Source: Azolla caroliniana (Eukaryota > Plantae > Polypodiophyta). Taken from it: a stretch of 64,000 nt of DNA. The number at the start of each line of letters is the position of its first letter. Position 1 is the first letter of the stretch. Of the stretch, positions 12,005-27,100 are shown piece after piece. The position numbers were made by a program, and so were the translations under genes. The notes below the pieces were generated by a model. The model saw only the letters and a list, made by a program, of their open reading frames with translations, made no database searches and had not been told where the DNA came from. The stretch is from contig JBHGNT010000001.1 in assembly GCA_043228905.1 (NCBI GenBank), positions 15,748,001 through 15,812,000 on the forward strand. Direction: 5' to 3'.

Positions 12005-12540
12005 CTCAACACTTAAGGCTTCGAAATGGTTCTTGCAAAACTATGGTTTGTTGGAGCATCCACACCCTTTCTATTATCCCACCCAATCCTAATCCTTGAC
12101 ATGATCACTTGCCTTGTTATGGGTGTTTTTCTAGACAATAAGACACCACACTTCACTTTGCCTTGCGTCATTAGGGGTCCTTTCCCTAAATAATGTTTGT
12201 CTGTTGTTCCTCCATAAGCTTCTTTAAGGACCATTTGTTTCCCATTGTCATACATGGTCGTACCCCACATCTTCTATTGCATGCCTACACCATTTTCTAC
12301 TCATGTCTTGTTACTTGTTTAGGATAGATTCTATTATGTAAATAAAAAGGACATCATTTTGAGGATGCACACTTTGGATCGACTATGAACATTGTTGCAC
12401 CTATATGGATGATCTCTTCATTTGAGAAATTGTTTGGTACATGGATTCCTACGTTCATCATTTGTAGCCTAGGAAAATTGTAATTATCCAACATTAGATG
12501 CATCGTTTGAGCCACATGGAATATTACCAATCTCAAATTT
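11700..12540 (-). mobile_element. highly decayed retroelement remnant, copy 2 (chromodomain-like YLVKWD), containing a (GT)n tract
   Basis: Minus strand reads YLVKWD near 11800 and TFDVDMYK near 11950 (resembles the HPxFHVS integrase C-terminus); (GT)n at 11966-12002. Confidence 0.5.
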
Positions 12541-13082
12541 CTAGAGGATTAACATCTAACACCAATTTCTTGGTTAGCATGGACTACACCGCCATGTACA
12601 GTAACATGGGATATCGTTAATGTGGAACAATAACTTTGTTTCCTAATAAGTGGTATTACAACTTCCTAATCATTTGTAGAGGATTGGCATCCACCACACC
12701 AATCTGTTGGTTACCATGGATTACACAACCATGTATAATAATGGGATGTAGCGAAGATGGAACAGTGACATTATTTCTTAATAAGTGGTACTATAACTTG
12801 TTCATATTGTAGATAATACTCACTTGTTGATTAATTCCCTTGTGCTTTGGATACATGAAGATCAATCAACCGAGGAAATAATTGTGAACCCCCTATTTTG
12901 AAACCATTCCTCCTCCCAATAGACAAGGGATCATAGATTATTGAACTTCCCTCAAATTCATATACTGAATTATTGAGCACAGAGAATCATAGGTATGGAT
13001 AAGATAGGTATAAGGAGTGAATTGAGTATAGAGAATCATAGGTGTGGATATGATAGGTACAAGGAGTGAATTGAGTATATAA

Positions 13083-13484
13083 AGTTGAGAATCAAACTCA
13101 ACTTCCACTAGTGTGTAAACACACCACTACTATGTAACAATTAAGTAATGTGTCATAGACGTAGCTCCTATGACACGTAGTTATGAGGTTGTTAAGGTTT
13201 CATCCCTTTCCCGAGAGGTAGTTTTAGTAAGCGAGCATAGAGAGAAGGTGACTATATAAACACATTCTCCTCTCCTTTGTAAAACGCTGGTTATCATTCT
13301 TGTGAAATATAGTTTTCTGGTTTTTTTGTCTACCTCGTATCGACTCTCTTTTCTCATCGGCCAAGACTATTGGAGTTACATTGAAGGAGCTCAAGAAATG
13401 TAACCCAACCCAATACACATTGACTGCCCAACATGGGAGCAAGCGACACGCCACGTGTTGTATTGCCTGGTGTCATGTGTTCAG
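13083..13484 (+). mobile_element. Copia LTR fragment with an internally deleted gag start
   Basis: GTTGAGAATCAAACTCAAC matches the LTR start at 30817; gag piece GQDYWSYIEGAQ at about 13360. Confidence 0.8.
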
Positions 13485-14355
13485 TGAGGAGTCCTGGAAG
13501 GCAGCAGTGAGGAGTCCTGGCACGATGCCAGCGAAGATGGATGGGAGATGGCATGCAAGGAGGCCAAGGAGGAAGTTGTGGTAGAGCGAAGTATAGAGGC
13601 AAGAGGGAAAGAAGCAAAGTCGGAGGTCGGCCCGACCGGGAATCGAACTTGTTGGCATTCCGACCCGGATGGAGCGCGATCAGGACATGGATCGTTCAAC
13701 CGAAACCAGCCCGATATGCAAACCAGGGCGAAGAGGACGTAGGGGCCGATCGACAGAGGATGGGTCCGGACAAGATCAGGGAATGCCGAGTTTTGGATAA
13801 CCGAGTCGGACAGGAGTCGAACGGACCCGATCGGGGGTCAGAGAAGCGAAGACCAGTGAGTGCAGAGAAGGGGTTGAGCGAGGTTGGTGGCCACGAAAAG
13901 AACACCCGAGAGGGATCCTCCACACCTAACCTAGAGGCTTCGGCAGTTGTGGATCAACGTAAGACCGAGGAGATGGAAGGTGGCGGTGAGGGGACGAAGG
14001 TCGTAGCAAACGAAGGCGTTGAAGAAGTCGAGCAGAGTGTCACAGAGAACTTTGGAGGCCAAGAGGGCCAATCAGGTAAGTAAGGTGTTCCTCGGATCGG
14101 AGAGACGATATGAGACACTACGAGGGACACGAAAGGGGAGAGCACCGACACGGATGTCGGGGTAGCAGCGACCGACGAGGACCACAGGACGAGCATGCAT
14201 TCGGAGGAGTCGCAGCAAGTGACCGATGATGGAGGTTGGATTGAGCCTACCAAGAGGCAACCGCGAACCGAAAAGGAGGACGGCCCGAAAATCGACGGTT
14301 CAGGACCGGCAAAAGTCAGCACGACAGTCGGGTGCCGGAACAACGGAGAATCCGG

Positions 14356-14610
14356 TGTCGTGAGGATTTTCGGCTATATGGTGAGAAAACCCGAGTGGGA
14401 CGCATAAAACGGAATGTGCAACATTGCACATGCACTTAGGATATTTGTAAAATAAGAATAAGAAAACAAATGTAAAAGGACGGGTAAAATGTAAGGTGCG
14501 AAAAATGCACTACAAAGTTCGTGAAGTATAAAGGTGATGTGCACTTAGGTGCACATGCACATGTAGACTAAAGGGGAGTGCATGGAAGTACGGGTGTAAT
14601 AACTGGAGGG
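14356..14610 (+). mobile_element. truncated LTR related to the solo LTR at 2780
   Basis: Shares TGTCGTGA.GATTTT.GGCTA and ATGTGCAACATTGCACATGCACTTAG; right end approximate. Confidence 0.75.
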
Positions 14611-14624
14611 CATGGTTGTGTGTG

Positions 14625-14969
14625 AAGTGTGTTGCATTGTCTACTACAGAGGCAGAGTATGTTGTTGCCACTGAGGCATGCAAAGAGGCTTTATGGCTTT
14701 CATATTGAGTGAGAGATCTCCGCATTATAGAGTTACCTATTCTTCATTGTGATAGCCAGAGTGCTATCATGCTAGCTCAGAATCTCGTCTTTCATGCAAA
14801 GACGAAGCACATAGAGGTGAAGTATCACTTTATCAGAGATGTACTTGACAACAAGAACATTGAGCTTGTCAAAGTACATACAAATAATAATCATGCAAAT
14901 CTTCTCACGAAAGGTCTTACAGTTGAGCGATTTGCTCATTGCCGACAAATGATGGGAGAGAGAGTCTGA
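14625..14969 (+). mobile_element. Copia RNase H fragment (different family)
   Basis: CVALSTTEAEYV...CDSQSAI...FHAKTKHIEVKYHFIRD. Confidence 0.85.
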
Positions 14970-15064
14970 GAGCGTGCATCTCTCTCTCTCTCCCTTTGTC
15001 TCTCTCTCTCAGACTCTCTCCCTCTCTATTTTTTATCTAAACCCTAATCCTCGTGCTGCCTTCA

Positions 15065-17586
15065 CGAGTAGCCGACCAAGATACACTTCTCAGGCTTTGC
15101 ATCTAGCTTCCTCCATTTCTCCTTCGACACATGCACATAGGCAATGTTGCCAAACACCCTCAAGTGTCCCAGATTTGGTTTCTTCCCAAAGTACAACTCA
15201 TGTGGTGATAGTCCTCCATTTGTAGATGTTTGATTCTGTAGGTAGACGGTTGTCCGGTCCGCTTCGGCATATGCTTCTCCTCAAGCATTGCTTGTGTCGA
15301 CTCCTCTATAGTCTGATTCTTCCGCTTGGCCACACCGTTATGCTCTGGTGTGTATCTGTAGGAGAATTCTTGCTGAATTCCTTCCTTTTGCAAATAACTC
15401 GAGAACTGGTAGGAAAAGTACTCTTTTTTGCCATCAGACCTCATGCAATTGATTTTTCTGCCGATTTCCCGTTCGGCAAGGCTCTTCACCTTCAAGAAGC
15501 AGGCAAAGACTTCGTTCTTCTTCACGATCAAGCACGCCCAAGTGTCCCAAGTGTAGTCCTCAATGAAGGTTACAAAGTAACGGCTTCCTCTGATGCTCAC
15601 GTTTTGTGCCAGTCCCCAGACATCCAAATGGATTAAATCGAGCCGGTTTCGGCCCCGATTTCGCTCATTGGGGAATGGAAGTCGGTGGTGCTTCCCTGGC
15701 TAGCAGGCTTCACAGACTTGGCCATTTCGACCACTGAATTTCGGCAACCCAAAAACGATATTCTTCGTCTGCATTTCTCGAAGCCGCGGGAAGTTGACAT
15801 GGCCGAACCGCTTGTGCCATAGGTCGATGTTTGACTCAAACTTTTGCCCTTTTACAAACATCGCGGTTTCGACTTCATTCGTTTCGAGGATGAACATCCT
15901 CCCTTCTCGACACCCTTGTGCGATGACTTTGCCCTCTTCTTCGATGAAGCATCCGAGGTGTGTGAACCGAACCTACTTTCTCTAGTCGACAATTTGTCCG
16001 ACCAACACCAGGTTCTTCGTCATTGTCGGGACATGCAAGATGTTCATCAACTTTCCTTTTTGTCTGAGGTGGTTTAAGGGAACTTCACCGACATGTTCGA
16101 TGGTATGAGGGGTGTCATCACCGATTTCGACGACCCTCGGTTGTTCCGCTTTCTCTAGATACGAGAACCACTCTACGTGGCTCTTCATATGGTTTGACGC
16201 TCCAAAATCAACATACCATAACTCGTTCGTTTTCGAGGTGCTTGTCTTCATCGAATTAGCCTTGTGCTTCATCACAAAGGATGGGCCCGATCCATTTCCG
16301 ACTCCTCCTGAGCCTTCGGCGTAGTGCGATCTTTGACGCCTATCGGCGTCACCCCGGCTCGATCTGTGTTTGTCCTAATCGGAGCGCTTCTTCCAGCACT
16401 CGCTCTCTTTGTGGCCCTTCCAGCCACAGTACCAACATTCTGTTTTGGCCTTTGCTTGCCGGTTTTCGACGCCACCTTGACTCCCCTTGTTTCTAGAGGG
16501 TCCAGAATTGTTGTCGGCATTTCGATTATGCCTTTGTTTTTGCTCTTGTGAGCCACCTCCATTGCGTGCCGACCCCCCTCGTCCACCACCATGACCACAG
16601 AGCCTCCATGTACAACATCTTGTTGTCTGCATGTGTACTCGTCGACGCACCCGCATGGTTCTCTTCAACAAGAAGCATCGATTGCAACTCGAAGAATGAC
16701 GGTGTATTCTCTCCCATGTAGACTGCCGTCCAGAATGATCTGGACTTTTGCGCCAATCCCCCGACATAGACCTGCACCATTTCATCCTCCTCGACGGTCA
16801 CATTGATGGAGGCGAGGGAATCACAAATGTCTTTGATCTGGGAGGTGTAATCAGCCACCAACATGTCTCTTTGTCGAACATTGCTCGGCTCCTGTCTGAG
16901 CTAAAGCTTTCTAGTTGTGGTGCTCGTGGCGAACATCTTCTTCATCTTTCTCCTAGCCTTATTTGGCGTCTTGGCATCCCGGATGTAGCTCAATAGTTGA
17001 TCACCGACACTGGATGCAAAGTAGCAGAGAACGTTGCTTGCCGATTGTTCCCAAGACAGAAAATCCCTATGTGTTAAATCTAGTGCAGCATCATTTGCTC
17101 TTTGGACGTAACTCCAATATCCATGTCCTAACAAATATTGGTGCATCTTGTATGACCAAGATGCGTAGTTGCTCCTATCAAGCTTCCCATGCCTTTGTCC
17201 ATTTCTTGTTTTCGTATGTTCTTGTTCGAACGCTAAGGTTTGTTTGTGTTGGAAGTTATTGTCAGTAGTAGAGGATGTTCAACCCTTGCGCTCTGATACC
17301 ATGTAAGAATTACAGTGCGAAAGCTAAACACAGATTGCAACCGGCTCACCCAAATCGCAACAAAAAACATAGAGAATGGAATACCTAGAGTAGGTGAGAG
17401 AAAGAGACAAACAACAAAACTCTATTCAAAAAATGGCGCTCGTTCTGTACATTGAATGTGCTCAGAGAGCACTTTTATACAAGTCCTTAAAAGGACTAAC
17501 ACAAGTACCGTCAGTACTTGAATTCTCATAAATGAGCCCCTATACTAACTCCCAAATATATTCCTTAGCGGAATATCTTCCCAACG
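15065..17586 (-). mobile_element. Ty1/Copia, 3'-truncated (LTR, PBS, gag, PR, INT), degenerate
   Basis: PBS TGGTATCAGAGC at 17290-17301; LTR 17302 to about 17586; Zn knuckle CWYCGWKGHKESEC; PR WYVDFGASNHM; GAG-pre-integrase LWHKRFGH; integrase core. Confidence 0.9.
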
Positions 17587-18361
17587 GCCTTTTAGCTCCC
17601 ACCGATCCGGCCTCGCGGATCGATCTCCGTCTGATCAGGTTCCTAGCTTCTTCAGCCGATCCGGCCCAAGTTGAGCTTGCTCGCTCAAGAAAGGCCGATT
17701 GAGGATCAAATGGCCGAAATCGGTTAGAAGGCCATTAAGAGGGTTGGATGGCCGAAGTCGGCTAGAAGGCCGAATGAGGGCCGGATGATCGAATATATAT
17801 ATATCTATATATATAAAGAAGTTAGGGTTGCGTGGATATACAGACAGAAGCGAACAACATAGCGTAGTAGTGTGTGTGAAAGAAAATAGTGAACATGAGA
17901 ACTGTGAACAGAGAACGTCACTGTTGCGTAGATGAGAGACAGAAAAGACAGAAGGAAGTGAACACAACAGTTTTTTTATTAGACTCGGTAGAGGAACTCA
18001 GGGACCTCAGCAGACGTGTTGCAAGTGCAATAACATTGCAGTCTCTGAGCAGGCTATCCTCCAAACCAAGTTCTATCGTTCTGTTTTTTTTTCTACTATT
18101 TTCTTGTTCCGTCTACTCTATGAGACGAAGACTTCTGTAAAGGTTTTTTTGCCTTGAGATTCTTTATATTCCTCTAGTGATAGTTAGGGAGGCATAATTG
18201 TTTGTACACTATGAACTATATTGAAGTTTTGGTACCCGAAGGGTCTCATGGTTTTTCCCGATCAAGTTTTTCCACGTTAAAAATTGTGTTTTCTGTTTTT
18301 GTTTTTCATTTATCATTTCTGTTTGTTGTCTACTTGGTCGATCCTGATTCCATACATATCA
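17587..18361 (+). mobile_element. LTR-like segment (Copia-type), boundaries uncertain
   Basis: Motif GGTTTTTCCC...TTTTCCACGTTAAA resembles the U5 motif in the LTR at 55698-56192; ends ...ATATCA. Confidence 0.45.
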
Positions 18362-20497
18362 GTATTGAGTGCCAATTGAATCCTCAAATCATTATTATGG
18401 GCACACAACCACAAGAGTCCTAAATCGGTTCATACTTTTGATGGTGGCCAAGGCTTATTATGTAAGTGGGACACCCTTATGCCACCTTTTACAAAGAATT
18501 CTGTTTGGGATAGTACTATCCGCTAGTCCAAATGTCCTACTATTTTGCTTCCAGACGTAGAACGATTTGTTTGCAATAAAAGGAATCCACTCTATTTTGG
18601 TCTTGTAGAGTCCGCTACCCTCAACTAGGAGGAGAGAGATACATTTGAAAATACCACTAGGAGATTACGCAAAGTTCAACCAAATTTAGTTTGTTTTTTG
18701 CCGCTTCTATTATTTCCCTTCATCTTCGCCCTCTTTTGAGCTATTTAATTTCTCGTAGCATTTAAGCTTCCAAGTCAATTGGGTTAATCGAATTTTACCC
18801 GACATATTTCCTTGAAGTGTTGAACCATGTACATATATACCTTGGGGTCTATTTTAGGCAAGATAAATAAATAAGTGAGTTACAATGATGCAAGCTCTAG
18901 CATCCAAGCATAATATATCTACCAAACATTTGGCCATTCCCATTGTTTCCTAATCAAACTTGGGACCTTATGTGGTTTATGCAACTTCAAATGACATCAT
19001 AGGCCTTTTGGTCATATATTGTTAGCATGCTAATAATACAATGCTTGTTTCCCAAAAGTATCAACGCCATCTCAATTCATTGGCATGTCCTTCATTGACT
19101 AATAATGAGCATGTCCTTCATTGGCATTCTTTATCTGGTTGCATGGATCATCTAATGGGACCACATAGAAGTGCCAATTGACTAGTTTTATTCCCCTTAA
19201 CAAAAAGTATTGATGAAGAAGATTGCACCTTAACATGTAACAGCAAAGTATATGAAGAAAGAAATCATGTGTAGTTTAAACTTTAACAAATTAGAAGCTA
19301 CAAACTCATAGCCCTTTATTCAATGTTTTTCATTGGCACCAATGAACCTTACTGCTATCTTAGCCTTTCAAGTACTCTTATCACATTCATGACCACACTG
19401 TTGAACAGCCCCTTTGTTTCCAAAGCTCGATACATCATCTTTTACAATAACATCAGTCCATGTCTGCAACTCGCTATTGTCAATTTATGTGCTGCTGCGA
19501 AGATCTTCATTAAAACCTATTCTATTGGTTTTCTCAAAACACTTTAGCTTGCAACTCAATTTGGGGTCCCATCTCTGGGAAACTCCTATAACCCACATGA
19601 GTAGTGACACTTTCTTCCACATATTTCACTCTTATACATTTTGTTGAGAAATCTACATTCAAATGCTACACAATCCTATTTGACTTCTTTGTAGCAAAAA
19701 AATTCTTAGCATTCCATTATTTGAGCCACATTATTAAAAAATAACGTTACTACTTAGTATCCATCAAAGCAAAGAATATTCCCACAATTCTTTTCCTGAA
19801 GAGGACAAAATAAAAAATGAGTCCATAAGGATACAAAGGACCCATCAAATTTAGTCTCTTCCCAATGAGTAACAATAACAAACATAAAAATGAGGGATTT
19901 TCAAAGCTGCACATGTTTCAAGTTTCAACTACTTGCTAGTTAGTTATCCACGGCCCCTGTCTAAGTCAAAAACAATATTCATAGCATCCTTCGAGTCAGT
20001 CTGTATAGCTGACAAAACTCAGCATAACAAGAAATACGAAATTACACATCAAAACAACTACCCAGTACCAATAGAAAAAGATCCTCACAAAAAACAAGAT
20101 ATTAAGATGACAAATGAAGTTGAATCAGAAAAAACAAATATATTCTTCCATCTTATACTCACCAAGCAAAATTGTGAATCAAAAAGGGTTAAACAGAATT
20201 CAAGATGTATTCCTTATTAAAGCCTTGGCATGCATGGATGGGATGCAATACCGCTTATTTGAGGGCTAATATTATAAAGCATTTCAGCGTCGATGTGTTA
20301 TGTGATCCTACTTAAAAATACTAAATTTTACTTAAATTTTCTGTCCAGATTAAAGAATGTATCCGTCCACCAATAGGAATCTATAATCTGCATGATAGAA
20401 AAGCAATGGCGCTCAAAAAATGAGATACGCAAATTATGGTCAACTTTTGAAATCAGAATTGTTACATAATAATCTATGTGATGCTCTCTGGAAAAGA

Positions 20498-23400
20498 TTA
20501 TAACCCGACTGATTTCTCAAACTTTTGGATTTGGTTCAAGAAGATCCAGGTCATCTACAAAAAATGAACAAAAGAAGAAGTGAGCAGAACATTAAAGATG
20601 ATAAAGGCTATAACATAGTAAATTAAAAAAGTTGGGGCAGAGCAAGAAAATACCCCTAACTAGTTTTGTTCATTTACCAGAATTTACCTTGGTTTTTAAC
20701 ATTTTACAAGAATACTCAACACTAGTGGTAAATTTGTTACTACACGAAGGTATTCTCGTAAACTTGAAAAATGCCAAGGCTATCCTGGTAAATACACAAC
20801 AAATAAGGGATATGTTTTATATTTTCCCAAAGCAATTACCATGACGTGAGGAGCAATCCTAATACAATAAACACCAAATCCACTGTAAAGTTTCAATGGT
20901 CCATGTTCTTTTATATTCTTGAGTGCACAATCAAGAGGACCACTGTATGGGTATTTCCCTTCCGCATTAGGCTGCATCTTCTGAATCTGTGTCTTCACAT
21001 AATCGAATGGCAAACTACAGGCTGATGCAAAGAAACCTGATACAGCACTTGCACCTGCAAAAACCAAGTTTCTTATCTTAGAAGCAATATAGCATGATGA
21101 AAATCAAGTCAACTTCCTGTCTGAGAAATCATTATGTAACATGAAAAAACTCAGGAGGCAGTGCTCGTAAACTTAACTACAGATCCCAATCTTGCCTATT
21201 ACATAAACAACTCAATTCCTCGGCAGGATACACAGGTTTTATATATTTACCAGAATATCCAAATGCTGCCAAAAACAGCCGAAATACCACTGCAACACAG
21301 AACGTAGTACGACACTGGGCATTTCTCGCAATTTTATAGAATTAGAATACCCTAACTTTCAGATATCTCTATGTTCTCAAAAATTACTGATGCAGCTCTC
21401 TTCAAGTAAACTAAGTTCAATTCTGCATAGAAGCATTACAATATTTATTTATTTTCCCATGAACTAGGTGAGTAGCTTACCAACAATAGTAGGCACCTCA
21501 GCAAAGTGCAAATTGTCTCTAAAGAACTCCACACTTTGATCATAAGAGGCCAGCATGCCCATATTGAGTGCCATAGCACGAACTACAGTAGGGCCCGCTC
21601 CTTTCCAGAGGGCTAAAACACCTTCATCTGATGATATTTTATACAAAGCATGGAAAACATTCTTGTAATTTCGACGTTGGGCAATCGGCAATGTATTATC
21701 TGCTTGCATTCTTATCAATGCAAGATCAGCAGGATTCCCAAAACAAGCACCAATAGCTCCCGCTGTCAACCCACACAAAGCTTTCTGATACAATGGCAAT
21801 GGCTTGCCACCATTAGCTTGAGTAGCTTTATTGGTTAAAATCCTGTAATATACAAAGATTATAATCTGTAAGACAGAAAGGTTTGAATACGATTATCTCT
21901 GATATAAACCTGAAGGATCCAAGGCGAGCTGTTGTATATGTGGCTTGTCTCAATAAGCCAGCTGATAGGCCCTGGAATTACACGATTACAATTTTAGAAG
22001 AAAAGTACATTGCATTTTACTAGTGTTCCAATGATATCATGATTTCATTAGTGTCCTAATTTGAATTCAGGCAGACAGATATAAGTGTTATATATGCAAA
22101 ATTGTTTTGCGTTTAGAATCTAGTCCTTTCTGGATGTGAATAACTAAGATTATGCTATGGAGACTGATGTGTGAATTCAGGAAAACCCAATATAGTAGCA
22201 TCTATTGTTGTACATGTAGTTATATTCAATAAGTTGTGAGAGCTTGGAAAAAAACTTGTGCTGACACAAACAAACAAACTCCGTTATTATAAATCGAAGC
22301 TTGAAATTCTAAATGCTGTAATTACATTGATTTTAGATCATTGTTTATTCATTAAATAGTTAAAACTGTGTAAACACATGGAAGCAAATGGACTTCTATC
22401 AATAATCATACTGATTTAAGTTGCTAGCCCTTAATTGAGAATCACTTATCTGTATATTTAGCTTCACGAAACAAATTTTTCAGCACAAAATAACAGATTG
22501 TGTATCAATTCTCAAACCTTGTAAAATGACCCCACTCCCTCATTCTTAATCATGCCTTTAGCAACAGTCAATGCTGAGCCTTGTCCCAGTTGTATTCTCA
22601 CCTGAACATTACAATATCCATTAGCCTGTACACACGTGCACATCTACACTCTAAAATTTATATTTTTAAGAAACTCTTTATTTTAATGCATTGTTTTTTT
22701 TAAAACATGCTAAAACTCAAACTCTTTCAATGTTCTTTCATCTCATAAATGCAATATTTTGTATGATCATAGGTGTGCTTGAGTTACGACCACAAATCCA
22801 TAGCACTCATATCTACAGTTAGAGAAATCATATTTTTCAGAAACTATCTATTTTTTTTATATATGAATCACAAAGAGAAGTAAATACATAATTTGATGAC
22901 AACACTTATCTTTAGAAACATCACTTCTAATCTATAAAGTTGTTTCATGGACACCATGCAGACATATTTCCTCTATATTTTAACTATAAACAAGGTATAT
23001 GTTTGAGAGTTCTGCCTCTCTATTAGGGAATTAGAAGGGAAAAGCAACATCTCAAACAATCGCTATTCTCTGAAACATGTTAAGAGTCACAACTTTGAAA
23101 CATCCTATCTTCGGAGCTACAGACTCATGTTTCCTAAATTCTCCAACCATGAACTGACGTATATCTGATTTGATATAGAGATTTATAAGGGAGCACATAT
23201 TTCCTTCGAAATGCAATTTCAATAAAGCTTTGAGAAAGCCAAAAGGTCACAAGTTTGTTAAGGCATTTGCTTCCAATCTACAAAATTGCTTGATGTATTA
23301 TTATCTACAAAAAAGACTCCAACGCATTGATGTCTTTTCATTCTACACATACCTAGCGAAAGAAGGATCCATGTCACGCAAATGTAACAAGAAAAAATCA

Positions 23401-23896
23401 TTCAATTATCTAGTTCTAGTCACTCACAGAGAAAAAAAAGTTTCTCGGCTTAAACTGTGCAAAAAAATAAAACATTTGACGCAAACAAGCCTATGCAGAG
23501 ACGAATCTTGGTGGTAAAATGGAAATGTCAAAAATAACGAGAATAATCAGACCAAAACATGTAAACGAAATGCAAAACCAAACTTCGTTGAGCAAGAAAA
23601 CAAGTTACATGCTGAGCCAAAGCAAGACTTAACGGAAGAGATAAACGAGGCTAAGCAGACACGAATCTGCGAATAATGTGTACCAAAATGCTACTATTGA
23701 AATAAGAGAAGGCAGATCTAAGGAAGAAAAATGCAGATCAGATCAAATCAGAGGAAAGATGGAGAAAGATTACCTTAACAATATCGACAGGTTGGATAAC
23801 GCAAGTAGCGAGCATACCAGAGAGTCCACCATTGAGGAAAGGCTTTGAGGCAGACCACACTTTACTCTGAACCTGCGGCTTATCTGAAGAAGCCAT
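20498..23896 (-). CDS. DTC: mitochondrial dicarboxylate/tricarboxylate carrier (SLC25 family), 6 exons, 300 aa
   Basis: Exons 23896-23774, 22601-22518, 21971-21910, 21842-21481, 21054-20840 and 20554-20498 (903 nt); all introns GT-AG with consistent phases; carrier signatures PVDIVKVRIQ, PADLALIRMQ and PFDYVKTQIQ; ends RIAPHVMMTWIFLNQIQKFEKSVGL*. Confidence 0.96.
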
Positions 23897-24085
23897 GGAG
23901 ACAAGAGGAAGAAGAAGAACGAAGGGAGAGAAGGGAAGAGAAGAGACAGAAGGAGGAGGAGGAGGAGGAGGAGGAGGAGGAGAAGGGAAACCCTAAATTA
24001 CTGAAATGTGCCTATATTTATGTGAAACTCCAAAAGTAGGCTTTCCTTGCATTTATGTATTTGTCACAATTACATTTGTATATAC

Positions 24086-24116
<31 letters not shown>

Positions 24117-27100
24117 CATGCATATACATATGTGTGTTGTGTGGTCACAAGGGTTCTCCACAGGATCTCTGTAGGGTATTGAGAATTAGCAATCAAACTA
24201 GTGACCATGACCACCCTAACCTTGTCCACGAATACAATTAACATCTACTTTTGGGGCAATCGGTATTGGATGTCCTATAAATAGCCAAACTCAGTTCCTA
24301 TATACATATTGTAATTTTTCCCTTCACATCCCTGTTTAAATGGTATGATATTGTAATTTTTATGTGATTGGGTTCCTGAACTTGACCAAGTATTCACGAG
24401 TCGTTTCAAGGCTAGTAGCCAATATGCTTTTGGACTTTTTGTGTATATAGGCATATTTTCGTAATTTTCCCTTCTTTCATATCGGCTCATTTCATGGCTT
24501 TTTTTATATAGCTCATGCTACCACCCCACTTAGTTCCTATAATTTCAAATTGATTTGTTACACCATTTTCCTTGTCAAACTCTTTGGCTCGGTGACTTAA
24601 TTATCAAATGTGTGGGTCCTGATCACCCCTTCCTTTAGGAACTGGATTGTAGCTATGTTAAGATTGGGTTCATAACTACCTAACACTTGGTGGACATGGT
24701 ATGATGCCAAGGGACATTACTTGATTATTTAAAGTCATTTTCTAATCAAAGGATTCAATACAGGAATGTTATCACAATTGGTATATTTAGATCATATCAA
24801 AGCTTGCATGGGCAATTCTTCCTTGGATAGAGGATATTGTGCCTATGTTATATTCTAACTACATTTAGGTTTGGCTTTTAAGCACTTGAATTGCATGTTC
24901 TCAAATTAAGTGCCATCACTTGGTTGCCAATGTCTCTACTTAATGTAGCAACTCAATAGTGGTAAGGGGTATGAGTGATGGTATATTTTGACCATATCAT
25001 ATCTCACATGGTCACTTCATCCTTAAAAAGAGGACATTTGTGAGTGCATGTTATGATGTCTAGGTTGAATTATGTGGTTATCAAAGTCTTCTTCTAACAA
25101 TAGAGAATAGAGATTTGTAAAAGGGTGCAAAGATTAGTATATTTAGGCCAATTTCAATTTGGTAAATTTAGGAAATATCATAACTTGAATGGGCAGTCAC
25201 TCCTTGACAATAGATATTGGCCATGCCATATATTGTATTATGACTTTCCATGCTTGTCATGATTGACAACTTCCTTTATAACAAGCATTGAACAAATATG
25301 TTCTATGTTGAGGTGTGAGGTTGATCTTAGCTCTACAAATATGGGTCACAAGCATTAAAAGGACATATCGTGATATTGACACGAAAACCACTTAGTTTAT
25401 CCTAAAAAATGTAAGGTGGAGGGGTCATTGGACCCATCTTGGCTAAGGTTTGGGTTTGAGTTTCTTAACAAGATTGCATCATAAGAAAGACACATTGTAA
25501 CAATGATTTTGAAACAACTCAATGGGCAATTAAAAGTGGATGAACCACCCTAATAAAGGTTCCATCTATGGTTTCTTAATCTTATTAAGGATGTTTTCTC
25601 AAGTCAAGCATGTCTTTCTTGCATCAATTCTCTTTGCAATTTCCCTTGTGTGTGTAGACTTCTTATCATCACTCATTTACATTAAAACCCATCATTCTTG
25701 ATTCATTGAATTATTTCCACATTGGGTAAGAGTAAGAGTAAGGGTGACGTTAATATTTATGTTATACCATGCTCATACCCAAAAGGCAATCCAATTTAAC
25801 TTAGCAAAAAATAAGGGCTCTCAATTTCCCTTCTTTTTTTTTGTTGGAATATCTACATAATGATTGTTTGTTCATTGTATGGAAATATCTCCTCCAGCCA
25901 TGCTCAATTATTTATATCTTTCATTGATATGTTAAGCTCTTTGTCTCCTTTTTTCTTATTAAAATTTTGAGAATTTTGTTATTTTCTTTTGATTTGCTTG
26001 CAGTTGCATATCCATGTGTTTCCTATATTTTCTTACATTTGATTGATTAGGTCATATATTCCTCTTATTTGACTAATTGTTCCTTCTCTTTTCGTCTCTT
26101 CCATTTTCCACACAATCACTTCTATCTTTTGTCAAATGCCGATTGCTCATTGCAATTGTTATGGTCTACCTATGTGAGACCTATTTTATAGTTGCTATCG
26201 AAATAAGCAAGGCGATTAATATATTACACTTGTTATTATGTAACCATCTTGTTCAACCACGTCTTAAGGGTAAAGATTAGACATCAAATTGGCATGTCAG
26301 ACACCTTCACAATAAGCATCAATGACATGTACTATGGATAATATAAATTGTGGTCACTCTGATCAAAGTGTCAACGGAAATTTAAGTTTAAAGGGAATAA
26401 TAAGGTTAAAGGGACAATAGAGAACTCTATGCGTCCAAGTATGTGTCAATTCACAACTAGGAATAACTCCTCAAAACGTCTCCAAAAAATCAAACTCGAG
26501 TACATGATCACCTTTTTGTTTGTCATTTGAAGTTAGAAGAGTTTTTGTATCTTGTCTCTTCTCATTTGAAAAGAAGGCCAACTTCAAAACAAAGTCATTT
26601 CACCAAGTTAACTTTGAAAACAAGTAAATACAGAAGACATTGATGCATTAGAAATGGTGTTAGTTGAACAAAACTAGAGAGTTTTCATTGTATAAGATAA
26701 TAGTTAAAAAAGTGTGCACGGAATTTATTGACGGAAGTTTTATTCGTTTGCGACCATCTTTATGTGTATCCCTAGGTCCTACTTGCTAATTTATGTGCCA
26801 CACATCATACCTCCACGCATTATAACTTATTTTCCCAATTCAACACTTCATATTTTGATGACCATCTTGCAATGATCTTGATCAATGTAATTATAATTTT
26901 TGTTTGAATAAATAAAATTCATTTGAATTTATAAAAGGTCATAAACATTCTCTGAAATTTATCTCAAAGTTTGAAGGTCTGCATTTTGAAGATCTAGAAC
27001 TTTCCTTTACCATCAAGGTCGAAATTCAAAGATAATTAAAAAACACAATGAAAGTGTAAATTACATTAAACTCAAGTATTCTTCAAGCATAGAAACATAT

